DNA of 64,000 nucleotides from the human T2T-CHM13v2.0 reference genome, Homo sapiens. Of this stretch, positions 1-13,625 are shown one piece after another. The stretch lies in assembly GCF_009914755.1 (NCBI RefSeq), contig NC_060938.1; one strand, written 5' to 3'. Position 1 is the first letter of the stretch. Every line of letters begins with the position of its first letter. The position numbers and the translations under genes are program-made. Below the pieces are notes generated by a model. That model did not search any database, was not told the origin of the DNA, and saw only the letters and a list, made by a program, of their open reading frames with translations.

Positions 1-674
1 GCTGAGTCTCTGCCTACTACCTACTGAGAGATTTTGTTGCTGTTGCAACTGTTCATCAAGCTATTGAGCAGAGTGAAAGAATATTGTGAAATTCATTGAA
101 TGAACTTCTGTTATACATATGATAGTCAACCTCATGTGCATATTCTCAAGCGTTCAGAAATAGTTGTTTCTATTGGATTTCTCCCACTGTGTCATTTTAT
201 TGGTCAGTTTCCACAAGCCCCACATACGCTTCCTCAACACCTCCATCTGTAGAGATGTTTATCGCGTGTTAAAAAGAACATCACTATTCACACACTGAGG
301 TCTTCTACTTTCTCTCAAAATCTCTCTCTAGTAATTAACCCTTTGTGCTTAGTTTGTGTTTGCCAGAAGTGGAGCCTGAGATGAGCACTGTGTGCAAGTG
401 ATTTACTGAGCAAGAACTCTCTGCAGAGACCCATAAGGGTGTGGAATGAAGGGAGTAAAGAAGCCAAGGGAGATAAAGTCTCAGCCTCAGCCAGTTTCTT
501 CAGGGGAGCCTAGGAGTGGTACTTCAGAGAGTTTTTCAACTGGAGACATGGGAAACACTCAAAGAGTCTGAAAATAGGAGACCTGTGGGAATACTGAGGA
601 GGCAGTCAGCTTGGTTGTCACAGAGATAGAGCGGGGTGAAGAGTACCACCTCTGAAGTCAGAGGCCTGAAGATT

Positions 675-805
675 AAATTTTAAATCCTGGCTCCTCTGCC
701 TTAGCATTCTGATCTGGAAAAGGGGAAAAAAATAGCACCCACCTCATAGAATTATAATAAGGATTAAGTGAAACAGTACATACAAATCATTTAGAACAAA
801 TGTTA
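675..805 (+). mobile_element. MIR SINE fragment
   Basis: aaatcctggctc... and aatagcacccacctcatagaatt...aggattaagtga resemble the MIR core and 3' part. Confidence 0.55.
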
Positions 806-1284
806 GGATTGATTGGTAATGGATGCATTAATTAATAGATGTCCTGAAGCACTAGATCTGTTGTTAAAGATCCACAAAAGTCAGGAATAAATATAGCTCT
901 GAGCAGGTAAATGATGATTATAAAAGAGTCAGTAGGGATTCAAGCTATAAGGTGGGGATTGTCTTAGGTCATCTCCCCAGGCTGCTGACTCTGAGATGAT
1001 GATTTGCATGCATTGGGAAACGCTTATGGGAACAGCACCTAAGAAGTTGGAAAGAAGTAGAAATGGGATCTCTAGGAATACTTGGGAGGCAACACAGGGC
1101 CCCATTTTCAGGGAAAATGAACACAAAATTGGGACAGACTCAAAGTGCTGCTTGATCACGAGGGGGCTGAATCCCATGATTGATTGAATCAAAATGGTGT
1201 TTGATGTCAAGAACAAAACAAGATTCAAATGACTATAAGCAAAGTATGATATAACAGAGGAAACAAGAAGATTCATTTGATGAT

Positions 1285-1470
1285 ATATACTGTGAATCAT
1301 CTCATTTAATTCTCACAACAACCCTATACAAATGACTAATATTATCCTTTTTTTAGCGATGAAAAACCATATATGAAGTTTAAGTGATGTGTCCAAGTTA
1401 ACACATCTACTAAGTGGAACAGTTGTGACTAAACCCAGGTCTGTCTTACTCCTGGGCTTGAGTTCTTAAC
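1285..1470 (-). mobile_element. MIR SINE fragment
   Basis: atctcatttaattctcacaacaaccctat...aagtgatgtgtccaagttaacacatctactaagtgg...aaacccaggtctgtct is antisense MIR core. Confidence 0.75.
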
Positions 1471-2779
1471 TTCAATGTCAAAATTTAGTTTTAAACCTTT
1501 GTCTACAAGAGAGTCATCATCAGGCACTTGACCATTAAAGCTCATGAGCATATGGCTTGTTGATGGAACATATCAAGTCTGAAGACTTCCTCCTGTCACC
1601 AAAAAAAGAAGTCACAATATGCTGAAGTTAGAATGTTGTTCCAAGCATTAAGTGTATTTATTAGTGGAAATACAGAACCAGTGCACAATCACCAAAAAGT
1701 TTTTGTCCTATCTGTGCCAAAACTCAGCATCCAATATAACTCACAGTTACAATGCTGAGTTTCATATGAAACTACTTTATATTGCTTTTCCTTTTTGGAA
1801 TCTACTTTCATCCTACTTACCTAGATTCCAAAAAGGAAAAACAACATGTAGCAGGGAGCTGATCAAATACATTAGTCTAAAGCATAAAAACAAAGAAGTA
1901 TGACTATAACAGGATTTGTTTTTTTTTCATTGTGATCACTATTAATGCGTCAGCAAGCATGAGACCATTTCCATTCAGCTACTGTATCAATGCCAATTCA
2001 GGAACAGAATCAGAATAATTGGCTCAATATGCCTCTAGTCACTTGTTTATCTAAGAGTAAAATAATGAGCGACATGTTGGCAAATTAGGTGAAAATGAAT
2101 CCTGCTCAGAATCAAATAAAAATGCAATACATCCAACAGGATTTTTGTATTGAACTTCACCCCCTGCCCTAATTAACTGACTGGAATGACTTTCTAAATA
2201 TTATCTTATTCAGCCTTTTGAAAGATAGGATGTTCCACTTAATGGGAAATCTGCATTTTATTGTAAAGCTGAAACACAAGACTTTGGTTTTACTACTCCA
2301 AATGGAAACAGATTTATTTTAGAATGATCTTTTATTTAGTGTAAAATTATAGATCCTTATAATTTTAAATCCAGAATGAATGCCTGGGGTAATATGCCTA
2401 TACAGACAAACAGGGAAAAAGTTGTAACTATCAATATAATCTAGGCAATAGAATAAAAACTTATAAAGGTGGCATATCACTGCTGGCAAGCAGTTTTCAA
2501 AGAAAACAAGTGAGTGAATAAAACAATAATCAGAGTAATCCGACTCTGAAATAATTACAAATAGTTCCAACTTTTGTTAAAAATTAATCTGGCAAGGTAT
2601 AAAGTTCCACAGGCTTTATAAATGTATATTTTGAAGGTGAGTAGACAAATAAGTTCAAATCGTTTTTAATCTGAATGTTTATTTCAATGATGGACTAGGA
2701 GATCTACACAGGGAAACCTAGAAAGTCCACCATACGTACTTAAATCCAGTAGAAGCTCAACTAATCCTTATAATGCAAC

Positions 2780-2990
2780 ATGAAAACAGGGATAATGTGG
2801 GTTTGGCAATCAGATAAGCATGAATTCAAATGCCAGTTGGAAAATTTATTAGGCCTCAGATGGCTTATTTAACTTCTTGTCCCTCAGTTTCTGCAGTTAG
2901 ACAATCTATTTTTAAGAAGACAATTTGAAATAAGTAAATATAATATGTGAAAAAATCTGGAATTATACTTTGCAAAACATAGGCACATTA
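2780..2990 (+). mobile_element. MIR SINE fragment
   Basis: aattcaaatgccagtt...ttatttaacttcttgtccctcagtttct. Confidence 0.5.
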
Positions 2991-4974
2991 ACCTCTTTCA
3001 TCTTTGAAGAAGTAATTTTGAGAAACTGAAAGTCTCACTTCTAAAACAACTGTGAACTATTATTGACAGGATTGACAGCCTAATTAAGAAGTCTACTGGA
3101 GATGGTAGCAAAATTGGACTGTTGTCAACATGTGTAGACAACCTCAGAATAGGCAGAGACTGTTATCTGCAGGCTTAAAGGGAAGCTCTAAAGACAAAAT
3201 GCCTTCCAGAATGATTTCAATTATTTTATGTGTCCTCAAATGAACCAGATAGTTCCATATTTAATTTTAAATATAAAGTTTTCTTCAATTTATTAGTTTT
3301 CCAAAGTTATACATAATCAAAAATGGCATGAAGAACTGGATGACTGAATAACTGGGTGATTGAATAATTTGGCAATTAAACTTGAAAACTAAACTTGAAC
3401 AAAATTTTTAGTTGTAAAATTCTCAGTCACTTACTGAAACCATTTTAACCTCAAATTCCTGCAAATCTGAACATTACCAATTCTGACAATGGCATAGAAT
3501 TTTAGTTAAGGAAAAATAAAGCCAAGAAAAAAAATGTCAGTGTGAATCTATTTTGAGTGACACCAAATATAATGGGGTAACATCAATCTTTATTAGGTAG
3601 CAACCAGAATTCTTGAGATTATGATGAGATTTCTTTTATCAGTCAAGAAATTAGAGTTCCAGGCAGAACTGTGCTATACTCCTATTTGTATATAACAAAC
3701 TTATGCCATAGAATCATAAGATAATATCTCACTACCCATATTAGCAAAAAATAATGTTATGTTAATACATTTGATTATTAAAGACATACTTCTCTCAAGC
3801 TTCATATTACATTTTTCAAAGATAGAAATTTTACTAGAAAAATGATGAGGCTAGTAAAAAAATTCCAGTTTTCATTGAAAAACTGTGATATTTATCTTAA
3901 CACTCCAAATTTGGATAGTCTGATGAATTGTCTTATATATATTGTTTATATAGATGTCCTCTGTGCGTTTTTTGATTAAGAGAAATTGGACATTTTTAGC
4001 CAAAGAAATTGTGAGGTTACCTTGAAATTAAGTCAAAGGAGTTTGGGCATATTTCTATATACAAAGTGTGTGAGGAAAAATGAACTTAAATATATTTTTA
4101 TTAAATTAAATATATCTTGTTATAAAAGAAAATGCTGTGGCCAACGTAGATACTACAATGTACGCAACGGTTGGAATTTAAATATGACTGATAAATTACA
4201 AAGAACACTTCTATTTCATACCAGGAAACAATATAGAAAAACACAATATCAGTCTGAAACAGCTTTAAAAAATAATATAGGATTTATAGAATGGCAAATT
4301 GAAAAAATTGACAAATTCTTTTCCCCAAAAGCAATGACAAAATGGACAAATTTTCAAAGATAACCATTTAAGTATTATATGATATTATATGATAAATAAG
4401 ATACACAAATTTAAGAAAACCTACTGAGCCTCAATAAAAATAGTGAAGTACAGTGGAATTGTTGTCTGGGGCTGCTCTATTCTACCCCATCCCAGCTCTG
4501 TGTTCCAGAAGTTCAACCTCAAAGTGCAGGGCATGGCATGACACTTCACTGCCAGAAAGTCTGCATACACATTGCTGTGTGCAGACAGGAGACATTGGAG
4601 GGGTGCTAATGAGCTACTGAATTCTCCTTAAAAGTATAACCTGGGATAGACTTATAAACTACCAAACGTTGAATGTATTCACCAAACTACCAAGATCCAT
4701 TGGCAAAATTTGAAAGCCTTGCTTAATACCCCAATAAGTACAGCCTTTACTGATGTTTAAGTACAGCCTCTAAACCAGCATTGGATATGACTAAGCCATA
4801 CTGATTCAAGAACTTCCAAAAAGAAGCCAACCTTAAACATAAAAACACAAATTAAATAAAACAAACGAACAAACAAAAACAACAACAACAAAAAAAACAG
4901 AGCAGAGGCATCAGTCACCACACAAGCCACAAATTAGTCCAAACAAGTTGCTAAACAAATTTTTAAAAAGTAAA

Positions 4975-5215
4975 AGTAGTGTTTTATAGCACTTCAGGAT
5001 GACTATATTAATGACAATTTATTGTATATTTTCAAATAGATGGCTGAGTAAATTTTGAATGTTGCCAGCACAAAAAAACAATCAATTTATAGTGATTGAT
5101 ATTCTAATTACCCTAATTTGATCATTACAATTGTATACCTGTATCAAATATTACACTGAACTCCATAAATATGTACAATTAATAAATGTCAATTGAAAAT
5201 AAAAAAGAAAAAAGA
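4975..5215 (+). mobile_element. L1MA-type LINE 3' end
   Basis: gactatattaatgacaatttattgtatattttcaaatag...attaccctaatttgatcattaca...ccataaatatgtacaatt followed by an A-rich tail. Confidence 0.75.
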
Positions 5216-5299
5216 AATATCTACTCTGATAAAATGAATCAGAATATAAAGTTGCTGCAAAATGTTATCTGAAAAACCCAGTTTTCAGCATGATTTTTT

Positions 5300-5760
5300 A
5301 TTATAACATTTAGCACACCAAGAATAGAAGGAGTCTTCTTTAAACCAATAAAGGATATCTACAAAAATTGTACAATATCCTCATAAGTTTGGTGAAAGAC
5401 CATATGCTTCCTTTTAAAATCAGAAAAAGGCAAGGATGTCTGTTCTCACAACTTCCTATTCCATGAGGCAACTATTAATTCTATCACTAAGGGGAAAAAA
5501 GACATCAATAGATACTAATATAGGCCTGGAAATCTAGGCAGTGCAATTGGGCAAACAGACAAATGGGCAGCAGCAATAAAAGATGATGAAATAAAAGGGA
5601 TTCAGATTGAAAAGGAAAATCTAAGATTGCTTTTATTATCATATGACCTGATACTGTACGTAAAAATTCCAAGAAAATTCACAAAAAAACTGTTAAATAA
5701 GTTCAAGATCAAGATCACGGTATTTAATACCAATATACAAATATTATTTTCTATGAATTA
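5300..5760 (+). mobile_element. Old L1M ORF2 (RT region) fragment
   Basis: gaatagaaggagtcttctttaaaccaataaaggatatctacaaaaa...ggcaaggatgtctgttctcacaacttcctattc; degenerate L1 ORF2. Confidence 0.7.
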
Positions 5761-5764
5761 GTAA

Positions 5765-6600
5765 AAGAAAACTTTTTCTCTACTCACAAAACATTTGACA
5801 TCAAATGTATGAGTATTTTCTCCCCATAACACCCAGTTCTCTCACTCTCCAGACTCCAACTGAATGTCCTATAATTTGATTGGATTCTAACAGTTAGTAT
5901 CTGGATTTAATGTCAAACTACACAGGATTAATAATATAGTCCTGAAAGACAGTTTTCACTTCAGATGCCAGTTGCCAAGTATTGGGTCCTCAGGATACCC
6001 ATACTTCTGTCTGACTTGGCTACAAAGTTGGGGCTTCCCACACACCCCACCCTCTGGTTCAATAATTTGCTAAAATGGTTCATAAAACTCCGGGAAACAT
6101 TTACTTACATTTGCCTGTTTATTATAAATAATATTATAAAAAATAAAAATAGCCAAATGAAGAGGTACATAGAGTGAGGTCCAGAGGCGCCCTGTGTGCA
6201 GAAGCTTCTGTCCCTATGGAGTTTTGGGGCTGCCACCCTTCTGGCAAATGGTTGTATTCACCAATCTAGAATCTGTCTAAACCACATAGTTTATGGATTT
6301 TCATGTAAGCTTCATCGTGTATATATGATGAATTATTGATATAATCTTCAGCGCCCCTCTCCCCCCTGAAGGCAGGGACAGGTGCAGGGTGGTGCTGAAA
6401 GTTCCAAGCTTCTAATCATGACCTCCTGTCTCTGGTAACCAGTCCCCATCTGAAACTATCCAGGAACCTGCCAAGAGTCACCTCATAGAACAAAAGATGC
6501 GATCACTCAGGAAATTTCCAAGGATTTAGGAGCTCTATGTAACATGCTACTAGCACCCTTATCACTCAGGAAATGACAAGAGTTTTAGGCGCAAAGCAGA
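5765..6600 (-). mobile_element. MER21-family LTR
   Basis: cacttcagatgccagttgccaag, ggttcaataatttgctaaaatggttcataaaactccgggaaacatttacttac, atcactcaggaaatttccaagg match MER21; boundaries approximate. Confidence 0.7.
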
Positions 6601-6679
6601 GGTCCTGTAGAACTTCTCAAGAGTTATTTTTGTGGAGCAGTTGAAGGTAAAGTGATACTGGACCAGCTTAAAGACAGAT

Positions 6680-7310
6680 TTGTTTAAAAAAAAAGAAAGA
6701 AAGGAAATAATAAATATAAAAGTAAACATTACTGAATTTAAAAGCAAATGTACGGTAGAGGAAATCAACAACAAAATTTGATTTCTGAAAAAAATTAATT
6801 AAATATAAACTTTGCAAATTAAATCAAGAAGAAAACCAAAAAGTTAACAAATTTCTAATATCAGAAATTTAAGAGACATAATTACATATCTTAAAGACAT
6901 TAGAAATAAAAAGAGAATATTAAAAAATTATGTCTATTAATCTAATAATTTGAATGAAGTAAACACATTTTTAAAAGACAAAAACTGAAAGAATAAATAG
7001 GCAAATCGTTAACAGTATTACCTGTGTTAAAAATATTGAATCCATTATTCTTTAAAAAATGCCACAATAATCTCTATATTCAGGTGATTTAACTGGCAAA
7101 TTCTTCTGATATTTAAGAAAGGAAAATTAATTAAATGCAAAATCTTTTGTCTAATATAAAAAGAGAAAATAATTCTCATCTGTTTACATTAGTTTAAACA
7201 ATCTGTATATCAAAACCTAGAAAGGACATTAAAATAAAAATTATGTCCTTTTATAAATATAATTGCAAAAATCTAAATAAAATATTAATAAATTAAAGAC
7301 ATGTAAAAAG
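6680..7310 (+). mobile_element. Old L1M ORF2 fragment
   Basis: A-rich degenerate L1 ORF2 sequence (caggtgatttaactggcaaattct, aattgcaaaaatctaaataaaatatta). Confidence 0.6.
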
Positions 7311-8000
7311 TGAGGTTAAAATTTGCTAAGATCCTTACTTTTCTTGCTTAAGATACTATATATATGTTGTTATGAATTAACAATTATTATGAATTATTTA
7401 TCTAATCTTCAAGGAATATATATGATATATATATCAAAACTTACTTCTGAAGATTAGAAAAATAATTTGTAAAATTGGTGCTTTTATCTACTTACAATTA
7501 TTCTAACCATTTATATAGTTTCACCTATGTATTTTGATTGTTCGATTTTTAGATGGAGCATTTTCAAATGCCTCCTTTAGTTATTTCTATTAACTTTGGT
7601 CACTTTATTGGTCAAATTATTCAGTTTCTTAATACACACTTCACAACTAATAAGTTGTGTCTTACACATTCTACTTTATTAGTTACCATTAAATCTTTGA
7701 CAAGCACACTTGAAACAAAGTTCAAAAGTTGTTAATATCTCGAAGTTTCTCCAGAACAAAATAAGTTTTGTTGAAACATTGTAAATATTATATTCCTTCA
7801 CATCACCCAAGTCATTTTTGTTCAGTGTTTTAGTCACTTTGGATTCTTTATCCACAGAAAATTAATTGTGATTTTTAAAATGATTTGGATATTACCATGA
7901 ATGGTTACTTAGGTTCATTATTGTTTAATAATTTTTTTTGTCCAAAATTGTATTTTATATCTTTTTTTCTGGATTTATTTCCCCACTTTCTGAAGTTGAA

Positions 8001-8380
8001 ACTTTTAGTCTGTTTTGTGCTGCTGTAACAGAATACCTGAGACTGGGCAATTTACACATAATAGAAATTTATTTCTCATAGTTCTATAGGTTGAGAAGTC
8101 CAAGATCAAGTTTGGTTATCTGGCAAGGGCTGCTCTCAGCTTCCAAGAGGCACCTTGCTGCCGTGGAAAGGAAAGCTGTGTCTTCACATGACAGAAGGCG
8201 GAAGGTCTAGGCAGTCCAACACTGCATGAAGCCTCTTTCACGAGGGTCTTAATTCTATCCATGAGGAAAGGAATCCTAATGACCTAATCACTTCATAAAA
8301 ACCCCATGTCTTAATGTCATCACATTGGCCATCAAGTCTTAACACCTAAATTTTGGAGGGAACACATTAAAGCCATAGCA
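8001..8380 (-). mobile_element. MaLR LTR (MST/MLT1A-type)
   Basis: ttagtctgttttgtgctgctgtaacagaatacctgagactggg...ttttggagggaacacattaaagccatagca. Confidence 0.8.
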
Positions 8381-8399
8381 AGCCTTTAGTATTTTTTCA

Positions 8400-9100
8400 A
8401 GTATTATTTATAATAGTTAACCATCTCATTTTTTGTTAGGTGGAAAATAACTGGGTCTTTGACATCAACATTTTGCTAATGATATATCTGTGTTGTTTGA
8501 TACTCATCCTTTTTTTCTTTGGTGTCACTTAGGATTTTTATTTTATTTTTGGTATTTTTAGTTTCATTCCAACATGTCTGGATGTGGTTTTGTGAATTTG
8601 CTTCCTCTGTAGTTCTTAAAGTGATATGTTTAATCTCAGGTTATGTGACCTGCCACTTTTTTGTTTTATCGTTTTATATTTCCTTGAGCATTATTTCTTA
8701 ACTATTTTCTCTATTCTCTTATTCTTAAATTCCTAACAGATATATATTGGATCTTATAATTTATTCTCCAGGTCTACTCATTTCTTTTTTCATATCTTCT
8801 GTTTATAACTGTCTTGCATTCTGGAAATTATTACACAGATACATATCTCCTGTGTAACAAATTTTGTCTTCTGCTTTGTGCTTGAAATGATGTTTTTACC
8901 ACCCATTCAATTTCAATAGTAAAGACTCTATTTTTAACGTGTAAAAAGTTATAGTTTGTTTATTTTCATTTATAGTATTTGCATATAATTTTAAACATAT
9001 TATTTTAACACATTTTTAAACTTTTAAAGATTTTTCTGTTATTTCAAACTTTTGCAGAATAAATTTTTCTGTTTATTTAATCTGCTAATGATTGTTATAT
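8400..9100 (-). mobile_element. Old L1 (L1ME/L1M) fragment, antisense
   Basis: T-rich tract with ttctctattctctt...tcctaacagatatatattggatctt, typical of antisense old L1. Confidence 0.45.
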
Positions 9101-9204
9101 CAGATTATGTTTATTTTATAAAATTATGAGCTCACCCTGATTGCTGTTTTCATATGCTTACATCTGCCATTAGTGGGCATACCTTTAGACAATGTATATT
9201 TCTT

Positions 9205-9537
<333 letters not shown>

Positions 9538-9554
9538 TAGGTTCTGAGTAAATC

Positions 9555-9636
9555 TTTATCTATCTATCTATCTATCTATCATTTATCTATCTATCTAACT
9601 ATATCAATCATCTATTATCTATTTATTTATTTATTT
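9555..9636. repeat. (TATC)n / (TTTA)n microsatellite
   Basis: Direct reading. Confidence 0.9.
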
Positions 9637-9823
9637 TCATTTAGTTGATACCCATGTACTCACATATTACAGGCACATCTTGGGGGAATCACAGGTTTGG
9701 TCGTAGACCATTGCAAAAAAAGTGAATATCACAATAAAATAAATCACACTTTTTTTTGGTTTCCAAATGCATATAACACTCATGTTTATACTATACTGTA
9801 GGCTATTAAGTACGCAGTAGTAC

Positions 9824-11427
9824 TGATGGCAGTGGCAGCACATCTGGAGTGGCCGCTGTGAGGATGCCAGCTGCAGCAGGGGAGGCTCAGCTGAGGCCAT
9901 GCATTACACAGAGCTGGTGGGGGCCAGGAACAGGCAGGATCCTTATCCTTTACTGAGTTGATGGGGTGGGAGCCCCATGATCCTGGGCACAGCTACAGAT
10001 GCCCAGCAGTGGGTCTGGACTCGGGCATCCCTGTGCCATTGGGGGCCTGGGAAGCCCCCTGTCTCTGCAGGCTTGAAGTGCCTGCTCCTGCTCCCTGGCC
10101 TCTCTTGGCTTTCAGAGCCTGCTCCAGTGCAGAGCAAAGTTGTGGCTGAGCCCAGACACTGTCATGACCTGGCCACGTGTGCGCAAGCTCAGAGTGATGC
10201 TGGCACGCCAGCTCCCTGCTGCCTTGGTCCCCTCCAGACTTTGATTACTGACAAGCATGGGAGGGAGGCCAGTGGGCTGAGGGCGGCTCAGCATGAGCCT
10301 GCAGGTGCCCCTCAATGCAAACAGCCTGGGCACCATAGATGACATGTTGATGATGGCAGGAGGCAGGCAGGTTCCTAGGCAGGAAGAGATGGGTCCCTTG
10401 TGAAATCCCACCTTCAAGCAGGGATGGCCAGAAGCCTTGGGGCCAGGCTGCCAGTACTGGGTGGAGTCCACAACCAGGAGCGAGAACTTATGGTGCTTTT
10501 TCCAGGCTAACCCATGGTTGCCCATGGACCAATCAGCATGCACTTCCTCCCTTCTGAGCCAAGAAAAATCCTGGGCTCAGCCAGACTCAGACAACTCTTA
10601 GGACAACCTGCCTGCTGAAAGGAGCCACAGACTTCAGGTCTCCTCTACACTCGTTGGGACGATTTGCTTGTGGATAACTTATTCACTTCAGGTCCCTGCA
10701 CTCATCAGGACGACCTGCCTGTGGAAAGCAGCTACCCACTTCAGGTCTCCTGAGAGCTGATCTGTCACTCAGTGAAGCTCCTCTCCATCTTGCTCACCCA
10801 GTTGTCTGCATACCTCATTCTTCTTGGACATGAGACAAGGACTCAGGACCCACTGAATGGCAGGACTGAAAGAATGGCAACACAAAAAAGGCTGAAACAC
10901 ACCCTCTGCTTGGCATGTTGGGGCAATGAGAAGGAGAGAAGAGCTGCAGCCCTTCTGGAGCCCAGAACTTGGGGCTTCCGGAGCCATGACTGTGACATGC
11001 TGTAAAACCCTCTTTGGAGCTCTGCGGTTTCTGGAATCTCAGAGCTTTCGGGCAACATTGTGTTCCCCTTGTCCAGACATAGGTGCCCGCAGTGAAAGCC
11101 TCTGGCAGTATGTCTGGTCCAGCCACAAACCTGCACAGAGCTGGTGCCTATGCTGGCACCTGGAGCTGCCTGCCTAGCTGCAGCTGGTGTACCTGGCTAT
11201 ATGTAGGGGCCAGAACCCACACTTGCTCGCTCACACACCCCTAGCCACACTGCTCCTGGCTCACCCTTGGCAGGCATCAGGTCCAGGCTGGTAGCACAAG
11301 CCGAATGCAGCCTGCTGGGCCAAGTGGGTGGAATGAGCCCAGTGGGTGCCAGCAAAACCCAAGCAGAGGTGCCACCGGCCACAGAAGTTTCCGGCTGATG
11401 AAGGAATACCCTAAGGATCCTCTGTCA
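9824..11427 (+). mobile_element. MER52 solo LTR (ERV1) nested in Tigger1
   Basis: TG...CA ends (tgatggcagtggcagcacatctggagtggccgctg ... ggatcctctgtca); GC-rich; 4-bp TSD gtac/gcac; Tigger1 sequence resumes on both sides. Confidence 0.88.
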
Positions 11428-11566
11428 GCACTATTCTAAAAAATGTACATATCTTAATTTGAAATACTTTATTGCCAAGAAATGCTAACAACCACCCAAG
11501 ACTTCAGCAAGTTGTAATTTGTTGCTGTTTAAGGGTTTTGTCTTGATGCTGATAACCACTGAGTGA

Positions 11567-12704
11567 TTATAGTGATGGCTGCTGAAAGTTGGGGTGGTTC
11601 TGCCAATGTCTCACAATAAGAGAACAATAAAATTTGCACATTGATTGACTCTTCCTTTCCTGAATAATTTCTCTGTAGCATGAAATGCTGTTTGATAGCA
11701 TTTTGCCCACAGTAGAACTTCTTTCAAATGTGGGGTTAATCTTCTCAAATCCTGTTGCTGCTTTATCAAGTAAGTTTATATAATATTCTAAATCCTTTGT
11801 TGTCTTTTCAGCAATGCTCCCAGCATGTTCACGAGGGGTAGCTTCCATCTCGAAAAAAATACTGCTTTTTGGCTGATCTATAAGAAGCAACTCCTCATCC
11901 ATTCAAGTTTTATGTTGATTGCAGCAATTCAGTCATATCTTAGTTAGGATTAGAAGTGGGGTCTAAAGATGTGACTCCACTTCTAACGCTGACAAGAGAG
12001 TCAGCCTGTCCTTTGAAGCTTTGAAGCCACATATTTACTTCTTGAAGCCTGGTATTTACTTCTTTGAAGCCAGGTATTTACTTCTTTCTAGCTATACACC
12101 TACTATACGGCATCTTCTTCCAATATAAAGCTGTTTTATCTAACTTGAAAATCTGTCATTGAGTGCAGCTACCTTCATCACCATTCTTAGCTAGATCTTC
12201 TGGATAACTTGCAGCAGTTTCTACATCAGCACTTGCTGCTTCACCTTGCACTTTCATGTTATGAAAATGGCTTATTTACTTAAACCTCATGAACCCACCT
12301 CTGAGAGCTTTAAATTTTTATTCTGCAGCTTTCTTACCTCTCTGAGCCTTTGTGGAATTTCAGAGATTTAGGGTCTTCCTCTGGATTAGGCTTTCGCTTA
12401 AGGGAGGAAGGCTGTGGGCTGTTTTATTCTTTTATCCAAACTACTAAAACTTGTTCCCTATCAGCAACAAGGCTCTTCTACTTGCTTGTCATTTTTGTGG
12501 TCACTGGAGTAACACTTCTAATTTCCTTCAATACCTTTTCCTTTATAGTCACAAATTGGCTAACTTTTAGCACAAGAGGTCTAGCTTTTGGCCAGTGTTG
12601 TCTTTCGACATGCCTTCTTCACTAAGCTTAATGATTTCTAGCTTTTGATTTAAAGTGAAAAATGTGAAACTCTGTCTTTCACTTGAACACATAGACTCCA
12701 TTGT
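11567..12704 (-). pseudogene. Decayed Tigger1 transposase coding remnant
   Basis: Fragmented ORFs 11567-11902 and 12567-12812; stops, frameshifts and loss of the central DDE region. Confidence 0.85.
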
Positions 12705-13189
12705 AGACTTATTAACTGGCCTGATTTTAATATTGTTTTGCCTCATGGAATAGGGAGGCCTGAGGTAAGGGATATGGGGGAATGGCTGGTCAGCGGAGAA
12801 GTCAGCACACACACATCAAATTTATTAAGTTTCCTGTCTTATATGAATATGGTTTGTGGTACCCCAAAACAGTTATAAGAGTAACATCAAACATCACTGA
12901 TCCCACATCATCATAACAGATACAATGATAATGAAAACGTCTGAAAAAGTGTGAGAATTTTTAAAATATGACACAGAGACACAAAGCGAGCACAACCTGT
13001 TGGTGTTGATAGACATGGCCCACTCAGGGGTGCCATCAACCTTCAATTTGTAAAGAAACACAATATCCGTGAAGCACAATAAAGCAAAACACAATGAAAT
13101 GAGGTATGTCTCTATATAAACTCACACCCCACTCTGGCAGAGGTGTGCACTTAGTTTTCCAATATCATCAAACAACTAATAACCCCTCT

Positions 13190-13228
13190 ACATACACGCA
13201 CACACACACACACATACACACTCACACA
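13190..13228. repeat. (CA)n imperfect microsatellite
   Basis: Direct reading. Confidence 0.85.
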
Positions 13229-13504
13229 GATCCGCAATCAATTGGCAAACTTCCTTTCTCATTCTTTGGGCCATTAAGTGGCATTTTTAAAACTACTTTC
13301 TAACAGTCTACAGAAACCATATGTATAACTGGGGTATCTGAAGGAAATTAAATTCCAACTTCCCAGCCATAAAAATGACATCTCTTCTTCTTTACATCAG
13401 TATGGGTGCTAATTTTTCAAGCCCAGTTCTTTAGCAAGTCTAAACCAATAGTATTTGTTGATTATTCCAGCTTTGAACTCTCTTTCCAATTTAAGACTTA
13501 CATG

Positions 13505-13625
13505 CTCCCCTTCTTCTTTTCTTCTTTCTTCTCTTCCTCCTTCTTTCTTTCCTCTTTCCTCTTATTCTCTATCATTTTCTCATTCTTCTTCTTATCTTCC
13601 AATTCCTCCTCTTTCTTCTACTTTA
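13505..13625. repeat. CT-rich low-complexity polypyrimidine tract
   Basis: Direct reading. Confidence 0.8.

Larger units (their letters stand above)
9670..13112 (-). mobile_element. Tigger1 DNA transposon (TcMar-Tigger) with both termini, internally deleted and interrupted by a MER52 LTR
   Basis: TA flanks at 9668-69 and 13113-14; TIR-like ends caggcacatct / gaggtatgtctc; minus-strand ORFs match Tigger1/TIGD1 transposase N-terminus (CSSERQSFTFFTLNQKLEIIKLSEEGMSK) and C-terminus (MDEELLL...[20 protein letters not shown]...[20 protein letters not shown]). Confidence 0.93.

Noticed and set aside
360-1100. Two ancient ERVL-type LTR-like fragments (cagaagtggagcctgagatg..., gactctgagatgatgatttgcatgc)
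   Set aside because: Too degenerate to assign a family or boundaries by eye
9943-11382. Dense overlapping ORFs
   Set aside because: Expected from the GC-rich MER52 LTR; no protein similarity recognised
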